A stretch of DNA of 63,910 bases, counting the filler, from Polymyxa betae A26-41 (Eukaryota; Protista; Endomyxa: Phytomyxea), in the NCBI GenBank assembly GCA_003693705.1. It is 9 parts of 9 records of this genome, joined end to end, with 100 filler letters (N's around TTAATTAATTAA, not from the genome) between each part and the next. Parts side by side here need not be neighbours in the genome. Positions count along the whole stretch, not along the records: positions 1 to 12,991 come from RBZT01000477.1; 8 more parts are not named here. One strand, written 5' to 3'. The translations under genes were made by a program, and so were the position numbers. Of the stretch, positions 1 to 11,525 are shown piece after piece. Under the pieces are notes generated by a model. It was not told the origin of the DNA, did not search any database, and saw nothing but the letters and a program-made list of their open reading frames with translations. Each line of letters starts with the position of its first letter. Position 1 is the first letter of the stretch.

Positions 1-2
1 CG

Positions 3-368
3 ATTAATGGCAACGATGCGCCAGCTGCTGTACGCGGGCCAGGACGACCGGGTCGCGGCGCTGTTCGCGGATCGGACGGCAGCGCGGACGATGCTCGCGG
101 ACGCCGCGTTCCTGGTCGCGACCTGCAGGATGCGATTCGCGATGGTCGTCTGGACGTACTGGAATGCCTGGTCCGGCAGCCCTATAGTGGATATTGGATC
201 AATAGAGATGGGGCGATGGGGTTACCCCCAGCTGTACGATATCGATCAATAGAAGCCGTTCGCATTCTGCTCCAGGTCCCCGGAATCGATCGAACGGGCC
301 GCGATCTGTACAGCGAGCTGCCCTGGCAGTATGCGGACGGGAATGACGAGATGCGACGCCTTCTTTGA
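3..368 (+). CDS. 3' end of an ankyrin-repeat protein gene (5'-truncated by window edge; not in ORF track)
   Basis: Frame 3 is open from 3 to TGA 366-368 and reads ...LQDAIRDGRLDVLECLVRQPYSGYWINRDGAMGLPPAVRYRSIEAVRILLQVPGIDRTGRDLYSELPWQYADGNDEMRRLL*, two ankyrin-like helix-turn-helix units. The upstream part may lie in frame 1 (RLMATMRQLLYAGQDD...). Confidence 0.6.
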   Translation: MNGNDAPAAVRGPGRPGRGAVRGSDGSADDARGRRVPGRDLQDAIRDGRLDVLECLVRQPYSGYWINRDGAMGLPPAVRYRSIEAVRILLQVPGIDRTGRDLYSELPWQYADGNDEMRRLL

Positions 369-1269
369 TGGTTGCGAGGACAGGACCATCTCTGTAGTGT
401 TTAAATCATGATGGATTAATTGATCATTCAGCTAATTAATGCTGATTATTGTTAGATAGATGGAGGTGCAGGTTTTATGTTTAAGTAAACGGTCTCTATA
501 TCGTAATATGTGATATTGTGTTGGAGTTGAACTATTGGAGGAGTCTCATAGCTGTCCAGAGAGGTCTAGACGCTTGATGGGCTCATTGACAAAGGGCCAT
601 AGAGAAACTTGCAAGCTGTCGTAACGGATTAGCAGGGTTTGATTTGAGTGGGCCTCGTCAGTTGTCAAGCAATAGGAAAGCGAGCGCCATTGGTTCCAGT
701 AATGACATTGAGGATGTTTAGCAGCATAGAAAGGCATGGTACATGTCATGGGTAAGATCTGTTGCAAATGATAGAAGATTGAGGAGTATGAAAGGGGAAC
801 AGCTATCCCATACTGTACCAATCTTAGACAAATGAGAAAGTCGCACTAGATTCCACATATTCGCTATTACTATGTGGCTTTTCCAACTGATTAATTGACT
901 TTTAGTTGCAGATGGATTGGATCAATGCCAAGATATATCAGATATCCTTATAGACGTTCTTCATCTGTTCATAGATCAGCAGCTGCAATTCCCTATTGGA
1001 TTCTTGCGGTAACAACGATATAATGCCATAAGACGACGTAACTGGATGTATTGCTGTAGATATTTGATCGTGTTATACAAGGTCATGAACTGTGACAAAG
1101 TCCAAGTTCGGAGCATGCAATCACAACATGATCGTTAATAGTGGATGTCGGGAGATGCCAGCAAGGTCGCCCTCCTATCAGCAATCCATCGTATCGAAGA
1201 GAGACAAAGTCCGCTTCGACTAATCCCTCATGATCATACATTGACCATTTGTCTATCGTTCACATTATC

Positions 1270-2817
1270 ATGATCTCGTTCGTCATCTTATCTATAGCAC
1301 TATACGTTGCGGCGGCCGCCTCGCCTGTCGATGACCTTCGGGAAGCCTTACAAAAGGACCCGCTGGATCCTGCCAAGATCGAGGCGATTCTCAACGCCAA
1401 CCAGGACCTGGTTAACGCCCCTGTAATCGCTGGTCAGACACCTCTCACATACATCTGCCAATCTCCAGGCTATCAATCCAGATATCTGGCAGAGTATCTC
1501 CTGAATCGTGCTGAGGCCGATATCAACGCCGGCAATAAAGACACGAACCCGCTGGCCATGGCCGTGATGGTCCAGCTCGATCCGGATCTGGTGCAGTTCC
1601 TGCTGCGTCATAATCCCAATCCGGATGTCGTCTGGAACGCGTTCGATCTCGCCAGTCGCCGTGCCAACCATGATGTGTTCAACGCCGTACTGGACCATGT
1701 CCTGCAGTATGATGATAAAGCGAAGTTGAAGGACGCCTTGATGGATGCGTACTTGGCAGCGGCCACCCAATCGTACCTATCACGAATGAAGCGGTTGGTG
1801 CTGGAAGGACACGTTGAGATCGACGCCGTTCTGGAGGCCGACGGCAGCAACGCCGCCCATTTGATCGCCCGAAAGCACATGGACCGTCTCTATGAGCCAT
1901 TGGCATGGTTGGCGTCCCAGAATCCGGACATGATGAAGGCTGTCAACAATGCCAATCAAAGTCCCATGGACCTGCTGAGGCAATCGATAACCTGCACGAA
2001 ACCGTTCATGAAGTATATTAAGGACGTGACTAATGGTGTTCGTGTTCCTAACAAAACTGATGAGATGAAGAGATTGCTGGAACACGAAGATGTCAATCCA
2101 AATGCGATTAAAGATCTGCTGGAGTCGGACCCAACAATTGCTTTTACCGAGCTTGATCAAGATGGCAGCAACGCTCTCATGTTCGTGGCCAAGATCAAGT
2201 CGAATTCTGTCCTTAAAGTGGCCCAGATCTTGATCGAGAATGGCGCTGATGTCAATTATATGACATCCGATGGACGAACCGTTTTTGGCATTGCCGCTAA
2301 AGCCGAGAACATCGCTCTTATGCATTATCTTCTTGACAATTGCAAGATCGACGTTCTGGTTATCTGCAGGACTGTCTTTGATTGCATTGGGTCCAATTAC
2401 CCGAAGGCGTTCGACGTGATCGTCGACTACATGGAGAGAGAGGTTCGCGTACATTTTGATCGAGACTGGGATGGTAAAACGGCTTTCTTATTGGCGGCAT
2501 CTAAAGGCAATCGCCAATTCTTAAAGCGTCTATACAAGACCGGGTTGGTTAATGCCAATTATGCCGATAAAGACCTCGACAATGCTGCACATCTGGCAGC
2601 GAAATCCGACGACCCGACCAAGGCTATCTTGTGGTTATGGAGGAATGTCCCGGAGCTGTTCACCAACAAAAATCTGGATGAAAAGACTCCCATCGACATA
2701 CTTGAAGAGAAGAGTCAACAGAATCCCGAATTGGCTGATCTGATCAGTTACCTGCAATCGAACCCGAGATTATCCTGGTTCAAGCGTCTGAAGTTTTCTG
2801 CTCTTGATATCATGTAA
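1270..2817 (+). CDS. Secreted ankyrin-repeat protein (candidate effector)
   Basis: ATG at 1270 gives a signal peptide MISFVILSIALYVAAAA. Many ANK motifs follow (GQTPLTYIC, TNPLAMAV, DGSNAAHLIA, DGKTAFLLAASKGN, DNAAHLAA). The protein has two similar halves and no introns. Confidence 0.85.
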   Translation: MISFVILSIALYVAAAASPVDDLREALQKDPLDPAKIEAILNANQDLVNAPVIAGQTPLTYICQSPGYQSRYLAEYLLNRAEADINAGNKDTNPLAMAVMVQLDPDLVQFLLRHNPNPDVVWNAFDLASRRANHDVFNAVLDHVLQYDDKAKLKDALMDAYLAAATQSYLSRMKRLVLEGHVEIDAVLEADGSNAAHLIARKHMDRLYEPLAWLASQNPDMMKAVNNANQSPMDLLRQSITCTKPFMKYIKDVTNGVRVPNKTDEMKRLLEHEDVNPNAIKDLLESDPTIAFTELDQDGSNALMFVAKIKSNSVLKVAQILIENGADVNYMTSDGRTVFGIAAKAENIALMHYLLDNCKIDVLVICRTVFDCIGSNYPKAFDVIVDYMEREVRVHFDRDWDGKTAFLLAASKGNRQFLKRLYKTGLVNANYADKDLDNAAHLAAKSDDPTKAILWLWRNVPELFTNKNLDEKTPIDILEEKSQQNPELADLISYLQSNPRLSWFKRLKFSALDIM

Positions 2818-3475
2818 TAGAACGCCTCACCATTGCTAATGCATTTCACGTCCATTCTGTAGCCCTATTTGCGAGCAGATCAATGCTATCAATGTATCTA
2901 ATATCACTGCTCTTAATAATGAACGACTTCCATGTATAAGCAATTCAGTGTCGTTATTGTGTCCTTGATGATGAACTTGGGTCACGCCTCATGAGAATCT
3001 GCAAGCTTTACCTTGGTTGTGATGTGATCATGTAGACCAGACTTCCAGCATCTTGATGAAAGTCCTTTGGTTTATCGCTATCGATAGACCAGCGTCCGAT
3101 TGAGGTACTGAACGAACGACAATCTAGCCAGCTACCTGCGATCTAACTTGAAACCGTCCTGGCTCAAGCATGGTAAACTGGCAGCCCAGAAGCCCAACCA
3201 TATCAAACTGATACATCGTTTCAAAGATTCTGTCTGATGCAGAAACGAGCAGATCAGCACGGTTGACTGTGTATAGCCAGGTCGCTGACATCGGCCTTTG
3301 ATTGAGCGGATTATCGCATTGAGTAACGCGCTGAAAAACAACCTGTTATCGTTTGCGAGAAGTGAAGGAAAAAACGTCGGCAATATGGAGCGTGGGTCAT
3401 GCCTCGGGCGCATGCCTGCGTCATGGTCCAACATGATCATGTTGGATTCTGGTCACAGAGATAAATGTCGAATCG

Positions 3476-4720
3476 ATGTTGCCTGACCTAATCTCTGGAT
3501 CATACGATTTCGTATCGTATCTAGATCTGGCCGAGATCTGGGCCTTGCTGAACATCAGCCTTGATGGAGTCGGGACCGAACATCTCAGGCATTGTGGCCG
3601 ATTAATGGCAACGATGCGCCAACTGGCTGCCTCTGTATTTGAGCTATCGCCCGATCAAATCTACTGGATCATGTGCGATGTGATCCAGCCGCATCTGAAC
3701 CCCAAAACCCGCTCCGTCCTACGAACACGTTTATCATTGTTGCAGCAGCGGGAGATGCGATGCCTCATTACGAAGCTCTGCCAATTACCTGACGATCACG
3801 ACGAGAGTATCGATGAGCAATCGGTCATTTACTTGCTCGAGTTAATCACCGCCCATCAGCGCCCTCGCTTACAGATTGTCTATGGCGCCGCCGTTCGGTT
3901 TCAGAAGGCGATGATCTTCCAATGGGCGATCAGTCAGCTGAAACATGTCGATCATCATTTCCCAGAGCTCAACGTACCTTCCAACGATTGCGAACGAATC
4001 CATCAGGCTTTAGCGAGCCTCGAACCCAGCCAGAACTGGAGCGCTGAACAGATTGTAGCGCTGATCGACACTGGCTACGAGCCGAGCAAATTCTGTCGCG
4101 TTTTCTATTCGATGGTGGAATCACAGAGTCACCAAGCGATCAAAGCCCTTCTCGATTGCGTTTTCACGGTCGAATTATTACAACAAACGAACCAAGATTC
4201 GATGAATCCGGTGGGTTATGCAGCAGACCTAAACGATCAGCAGCTCTTGAAAATCTGCCTCAATTTTCTCTCGCGATTCGAAAAGCGACAGATTTGGCAG
4301 ATCGCCCTTGCGGGAGAGCTTCGACAAATGACGCCGTTGATATTGGCAACATATCGGGGACATGTTGAATCCGTCCAGATCTTGCTGGATTTCATTCCGA
4401 GCATCCTTCGTGAATACGCTATGACGCAGGTCGACTTTCGTGGCCGGACAGCAATCCATTGGGCGGCGTATAACGGTCATGAGCGGGTACTCAGGATGCT
4501 GTTAGAAGGATGCGAAACTTGTCGTGTTCAGCTAAAGGTGATGGCCATGGTCGATATAGTCGTGGGTGGTCATCGTCCTGACCAATATCGACATCTTACA
4601 GCCAAAATTCGACACATCTTTCACGAGATACAGGAGCAAGGTGACAACGATGCGATCGGATTGGATTCCACCGGCCCGCTGCAATCCACATTGGAACAAT
4701 TCCCGCTCACAGCAACTTAA
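3476..4720 (+). CDS. Protein with C-terminal ankyrin repeats
   Basis: 414-aa ORF with MNPVGYAAD, MTPLILATYRGHVESVQILL and GRTAIHWAAYNGHERVLRMLL ankyrin repeats. Confidence 0.8.
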   Translation: MLPDLISGSYDFVSYLDLAEIWALLNISLDGVGTEHLRHCGRLMATMRQLAASVFELSPDQIYWIMCDVIQPHLNPKTRSVLRTRLSLLQQREMRCLITKLCQLPDDHDESIDEQSVIYLLELITAHQRPRLQIVYGAAVRFQKAMIFQWAISQLKHVDHHFPELNVPSNDCERIHQALASLEPSQNWSAEQIVALIDTGYEPSKFCRVFYSMVESQSHQAIKALLDCVFTVELLQQTNQDSMNPVGYAADLNDQQLLKICLNFLSRFEKRQIWQIALAGELRQMTPLILATYRGHVESVQILLDFIPSILREYAMTQVDFRGRTAIHWAAYNGHERVLRMLLEGCETCRVQLKVMAMVDIVVGGHRPDQYRHLTAKIRHIFHEIQEQGDNDAIGLDSTGPLQSTLEQFPLTAT

Positions 4721-5140
4721 TAAGATCCGACCCACCTAAAGTCCAAACAACAGCAGCACGCCCAACAAAATCCCTTTTACATGATGTAATATATAAGTAA
4801 CGAGAAGCGAGAGACGGCCGGGTTGACCCCGTCGAATCTTGGCACAAATCAACTCCATCTAGAGCAGAAGCTTTGTCACGCTTCTCCACGAGCGACGACG
4901 AGCCAAACGGTGCCAATGCGCCTAGAGCTCGTTAGTTTAACGAAATGCATAAAACTCTGTTTGTAGGTAATGAAGCTCTACATACAAGTACAGGAGTAGC
5001 GTTAAAATGTTATGTTACACTTACAGGGCTGCCTGCCACAATTGATTTTTCACAAATTTTTTAAAAAAATTGTGAGCGCATTTCGGCGGCTTTTCTGTGC
5101 CATGTTGGATTGTACCTTCCGTCGTATCAAACCAGAGGGC

Positions 5141-6944
5141 ATGGCGATGATCTCTGGACCCATTATCGATGGCCATACACTGGCAGAATTTCGCTCCTGG
5201 ATACAGAATAGCGATGCGATCGTCATGACGGCCGTCTACTCGGGTCGGGCACCGAAACCGACTACCCGATTCGAGACGCCAGCGTCGGCTGTGGCTCGAA
5301 TCGCTCCGGCCGCCCGCCGATTTCAACTGATGCAGCTCGGTGTCTGTCTCCTGAACGAATCTGAAGGCACCTGGATTGCTCGACCTTTCACGATCGACGT
5401 GTTTCCTGCAGTCATCACTTATAGAAGAGATTTGCTTTTGAAGACGCTCTTTGATTGTGATGCCGACCATATGAAGGCTCTTTCAGACGCCAACTTCGAT
5501 TTCAACCGAGTGTTCCACTCGGGGCTCAACTGGTTTAGCCCAGTTGATGAGGTGCTCGTATACCTCCTTATATCTTTTGGCTTTTACTGAGGTCTGTTTG
5601 CAGGAGTACATTCTAGAAAAGATGAAGAAGAAGCGCGCTGCTGAAGAGGCATCCATTAATGATCAGCGATCAAGCATGAAGATCACTGAACAGAAAGACA
5701 GGGTTAGTGTGTTCATAGATCGCAAATCACTGCTGGTAATATCACAGGTATTCATTGAAATCGCCGAAGTGATCTTGAACAAGTTCTGCGAGACAGGAGG
5801 AGATGTTCAGGCGACCATCGCTGCCGGTCGTCCCCTGCTCGATAAAAGTTTACCAATCTGCAGCGCTATGCATCATCATCTGATTGTTTTCAGTTCCAGT
5901 CTCCGAAAACCTGATTGCGATGTCGATATCAAGTGAAGGCACTCTCATTCTGACAGTTGGAAATGGCTTCTTACGTCGTCTATTGTCTCAAATGATCAGC
6001 AGTAGTTTGCTTGCGATATTGTGCATTCGTCAAGCTGATCTTTGTACAGAACGGACTGAATTGATGTCGCAACGTGTACCGAGTTCAGATATTCGACGGC
6101 CAGCTGTGGCCGTATTGATGTCAGCCACGAGGGACTCCGATCGTACTCTAGTTCCTAGCGAGGTGCTACGCAGGAAAATGATGCAAGAGCTTGATGCTGC
6201 AGAAACCGCAGCTGTCGTCTCTATGCATGAGCAGATCGGTTTCAGATATATATTAGAAGCTATCGTCAAAGCTGGAAAACCTGTATGAATGGATTATTCA
6301 GCCTTCATTCTTGATTACTGATATCTTGATAGATTTTCGCTGATGATCTGTTAGAATTGCTCTTGCATTTTGAATGCATCTTGATGGGTGACATCGGAAC
6401 TACTTACGTTGACGTCAAAAGCTCTTTTGTGAATCACTGGACAGCCTCTTCATTGTATGATATGACTTTGGACTCGGGGATCACTACGAATTTGCTCAAG
6501 ATTGCTAATGGGTTTGAAAAATATTCACACGAACCAGACACGTTGGAAGCCGGAGCATTGGCCTTGAGGCGCGCCTCGGAAATCAGCTTTGAGCGTTTAC
6601 ATGAACCTTGCTGTAGAATAGCTATACCAGGGACCATCTCTGAGATTTGCTTGGAAGATGAGTTTGACACGTTTTCCCTGGACATCAGAAGACTTGTCGT
6701 GCTGAAATCCGAATCAGCAACTGCAATTGTTGATCAATACGTCAGACAAAATCGAATTGAAGTCAAGCATTCAGACTCGGATCAAACCATTATCGAGGCA
6801 AAAAGTGATGCCTTCTCACTTATTTCTGAGATCAATTCAATGTTGAAAGAACAGGTTGCTATCCACTATCGGGATTTCGTCTTCGAGTCGGAGCGCCAGA
6901 CCGACTCTTTGAAACGTCAACAATCACAACCTGGGAATAAATAA
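5141..6944 (+). CDS. PARN/CAF1-family (DEDD) ribonuclease-like protein, predicted catalytically inactive; multi-exon
   Basis: PARN-like blocks FQLMQLGVCLL..PFTIDVFP, LSDANFDFNRVFHSGLNW, R3H-like GNGFLRRLLSQMI and IGFRYILEAIVKAGKP. Short GT-AG introns are present (e.g. 5552-5603). The exon structure is only partly resolved. Confidence 0.7.
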
Positions 6945-7230
6945 TTTAACGTTAATACTTACTCTTTCGACCTAAACGCAAATATACCTATATCAGGCAG
7001 CTTTGATGCAATCACTTTGAGCTAGTCATTTACTTTTCAGTAGCACACAGAAGTTTCTGAGAGAGCGATGTGAGAATTGCTTTCTGAAATAAAATACTTT
7101 GTAAGGCAAATTGCAACGTATCAACTGGGAAATTTATTTGGTTAAAATACAATAAATACGGGGTTTGTTCTAATAAGATAATATATGCCACCCAGCTCGC
7201 TGCAGTTTGTCAATAAATAAATAAAGTAAA

Positions 7231-8336
7231 TCAGGTTACGAATTTTGACAGAATTTGATTGAAAGGGTCGACCTTATTTTCCCTAATGATCTCAGCAGCA
7301 ACTTTGAAGGAACGGCGAAGTCGAATAATGCCAATATCATCAACGGTCCTTCCCACATTGACATATTCATACGGATCCAGAATAAATAACCTGGGACATA
7401 TCAGCTAGGATCCGATGAATAGCCAACATCACAATACCTCGAGCCATAGCCGGTATTAGGGTTGCAATATCGCGCGATTAAATCTTGAATCATATTCAGC
7501 TCCTGCCCTTGGGCGGCCAATCCTTGAGGCCCAGATTTAGAGTAGAACAGGCGGATGCTGAAATCCATATCTTCTAAAAGAGTGAAAAATAGATACAGAA
7601 GTTGTGCAGTTTGTCGACTGCTGTCGCTCTCGCCCTCTTCATAAATCGGAAGATTGTTTTCGACAAGGCTGACAAGCATAATGATGAAGGCCAACGAGCT
7701 TAGACTACCCCGACCCGAAGATGAAAGATACTGACGCTGAGCCCAGCCTTTAACATACAGAATAGCATCACGTAGGCCAGGATAAAGTTGTAGCTGGTTG
7801 GAAACCCATTGAGCTATATCACAGTGATGTTGGTAATATGCATTGCCCGTGGCATCGAAAGAAATGTTCCGATAGCGAAATTTGACAACAGGAACGGTGG
7901 AGTTAGCCAACACGCGAATATCGGTAGCAGCTCGAAGTTTTTGCTGTAAAATCGGAGCGAAAGCTTTGACGTCATCAAAGTTGCAGCAAATGTCGATATC
8001 AGAGCCAGGAATCGTCAGACCTTGTTGATACGAGCCAACCGGCTTCGGATCGCAATCAGCCAGCGCATTCTTCACCTCCGACACGACCGAAGAGCGGTTC
8101 CGCCGGATTTCATCAGATTCGAATACCTTCAGAGACCATTCCGATCCCGAGTCACGAAACCGGACCCAGGCCTGGGTCAGAGCATCGAGATACCCTTCAT
8201 CGTTCTCCGCCGAACTCACATTTTGCCGCCTGATCATTGTCGACCGCATCTGGATGTGGGTAGGTCTATGGTGACCCTGCATAATAGCAAGACCCAGCGA
8301 CACCGCCGGTGGAAGCGGCGGCGGCGGCATGATCAA
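7231..8336 (-). CDS. Non-canonical poly(A)/terminal nucleotidyltransferase (Cid1/GLD-2/Trf4 family)
   Basis: NTase motif GSYQQGLTIPGSDIDIC, then VPVVKF and VKGWAQRQYL..GSLSSLAFIIMLV. Intron 7391-7437 joins a last exon LFILDPYEYVNVGRTV...KFVT* (PAP-associated domain). Extra 5' exons are possible. Confidence 0.8.
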
Positions 8337-9460
8337 TGTCTGGAGACCAGAAGAGGGTAGCTAATGGCACGAGTGGAGGCTGCGCAAATCAGACAAGCCA
8401 GAGGCTGCGCCACTGTCCCGCTTGGAATCCGATTGATAACACTATGAAGGTTCTGGGTCGATCTCGAACACTGTCCAGTGACAGCCGACCTCTCACACTT
8501 GACATCGACGTCTTCATCATACGTCTTTGGTCAGTGTCTCGATGATGTCGCTGAGTGACTGGATCACAGACACGCAGTGCACCTATTCAGATAGATGCTG
8601 GATGACAGAGTCGACGTCCTTCGTCGTTGATTCTGTCCAAACCCATTTTCAGATACTGTCCATCCTGCGTCTGTGCTCAACAAGAATCGGATTCCCAGTG
8701 TCTGCACAATGATAGCCTTCTTTTCGTTGTAGATAGGTTGCGATGCCGATGCAAATTCTCTATTTATTCGAAAATGAAATACTCACTTGAGCCAAGTCTT
8801 TTTAGCCATGCACTTTATAGCTCAAGTGCATTAACTGATCATACACCGCCATGTCTTTCTGGTACAGGCATGTTTGTTTGCGATCAGTGTCCATGAATGT
8901 TTTTTATATCGCAAAGTCTGGGGCTTCCTTCAACATCACAATCTGATACATTTCAGTTTCGTCAGCATTGATCAGAAAGCAGATAGTTTGATATTGCTTT
9001 TCTCTGATCCTACGTTTCGATTTTTCAGCTCGTTGGTGTACGAAAAGGGGTTGATTCGTATCCCAGGACGTTCTGGAACCGCTACATAACGTTGCCCAAC
9101 ATTCACCCGCTGTCATAATGCATTTGTTGAGTTAGCGAGAAGTTGTTAAGCTTAGGAGTAAAACCGAAATTCGGGAGAAATGCAGAGGCAGGAAATCTAA
9201 TCGAAAACTGCGAACAAGCGAAATTACAAAGCCAAAACCAGCGAAGTCACGTATATATTTCGATCGAGAAATTTGGCGGCGAACTCAGATTGCAAAGACA
9301 GTAGTGTTATTATAGCAATGTTCAATTGGAACACTTGCATGGTAGATCTCCGCCCAGTTCCAAAGATCAAGGAGAGACATGCAAGTATCATTTGACATCA
9401 GATCAGAATTGTAGATAAAGCAGGGCAGTTGAGTGTATTTCATTGATTTCCTTCTGCAGT

Positions 9461-10750
9461 TTAGAGCAAGCCATTAACAATGGAGAGCTCCGCATTCAAA
9501 ATTGAGCCACCAGCAGCTCCTAGAACAGTATTGTGGCTTAGGCAGACGAATTTTACATCCAGCAAGCTGCAGGAACGAATACGTCCAACAGTCACCGAGA
9601 ATCCATCACCAGCATCACGATCTAATAGCGGCTACGAAATACCGTGTATCATAACAGTGATTGCAACTAGAAAAGTGATTACCTGAGGCCTATCGGGCGA
9701 CGAGGCAACAATAATAGGCCGTTCAGGTGCAGAAGGAAGTCCCAATTTCCCGACTGGCGATTGAAAGTCTCTGAAGACCCGCTCAACTTGCTCAGCGGAA
9801 GCCGACTGTCGCAGACGAACGCTGACACAGGCTGTATGCCCATCTCGTACAGCAACGCGATTGCAATGCGCACTGATATGGATTTGGACTGGAACAAACT
9901 GGCCCGATGCTGCTGAGTCCCATTGGCCCAGGATCTTCTGTGGCTCCGTCTCGAGCTTGTCCTCTTCCCCTCTGATCAAAGGGATCACATTGTCAACGAT
10001 ATCCATCGATGACACTCTGAAACAACACTAAGAATTTTCAGTAGGCAGAATTGCGATATCCGAACCCTGGATATCCTGCACCCGAAACCGCCTGAGAGAA
10101 CCGCAATCAATAAAAATATAATTCGACCAAAATAGCAACATCTACCTGTAAAGTGGTGACGAACACGGATTCAATACCGAATGCGTCTTCCAAGGGCCTG
10201 ATCGGCTCTGGTGAATCCAAAGTCAAAAGTCCCAATATCTTTCTTACTTTAAAGCAACGGCAAGTCCTGTGCTTGAACAATTGGCATTCGCGACGATAAA
10301 GCCAGATGTTTTGCTGGTTGATCGTTGCATGCTAACAGCCTCAAGATGGGACGGGTTCACAAACGGGACCAGAATCGGGACGTGATTATCCATGCGATGA
10401 TTCGCAGCGTTAGTGAAGACGGCGAACCCGGCCTGGGCGAATTCATCCTCGATATGACCAGCCACAGACGAGTCCAGCGCCGAGAAGACGATCTCAACGC
10501 CTTGGAATAATGCCGGGTCGCAAGCGACGACGACCATGTCGGCGACTTCGTCGGGCATTGGTGTGGATAGACGCCAATTGCATGCATGCCGATAGGTGAG
10601 TTCGGCGGAGCGAGCAGAGGCGCCCAACACAGTGATACGGAGCCAAGGATGGGCATGAAGACGCTGGATGAAACGCTGTCCAACGAGCCCAGTGGCGCCG
10701 AGGACCGCGACCGAACGACGATGTCCAGGGCGACTATCACGAGCCTCCAT
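9461..10750 (-). CDS. asd: Aspartate-semialdehyde dehydrogenase, multi-exon
   Basis: VLGATGLVGQRF, NAANHRMD, catalytic ANANCSST, SAHCNRVAVRDGH and C-terminal HNTVLGAAGGSILNAEL. Exons are separated by short introns; stop TAA at 9461-9463. Confidence 0.93.
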
Positions 10751-11525
10751 TGTTTGAAATGACGAAATGACATGGACACATGGTGGTCATTTCTACTATG
10801 TAGGAGCGACTGAGGGAGATGGCCACGCGGAAACCTTAACCTGCTGACTTCAGAGACGATATTTATAGACTCACGGAGTCATTCGGTAGTGATGGTTGCT
10901 GAAGTCGTCGGATAGAGCGATGAGCAGCAGCGAACATGCAGACTCGCAAGGATGAACTCATTGTGGTGATGGAAACATTGTAGCGTTTGACGACTTGCGG
11001 TTTCTCTGCATGCTGCGATATGCTGAGCTGTCTCCAAACACACAATAAACTCAACTATAAATAACCGGTCATGTTCAAAAACGATTGTGTATGGTCAATC
11101 TTGAACTTTCAGCGTGGGAGGTGAACGGTACCCAAATAATCTTTCAAAAATACCATCATCATGACGATCTTCACCGAACATCGAGACTGTCCAATTCATG
11201 AAAAATGAAAACTCTCTTGTATTTGAAGTAAAGCTGTACATATGATGAGGTGCGAAAAGGGGAAGGGTCAGTTATAGGACTCAGTGAGACTGATACTATC
11301 GTTAGGATTGCCAAGTCAATTATATACATTTTGATTTTTAAAAAACAAAAACAGCAGGGATTTCCCCAATCTGTAAAAGTGAAAAAATACAAATGGGCAC
11401 ATATACGCAGTGCCCAATAATATTCTTGACCTTGACGACCATAATCACGAACATTTTCGCCATGATGACTCAATAATGAGTCAGCATCATTAGTTTGTAA
11501 TGAACATAGAAACTCCACTTTAAAA

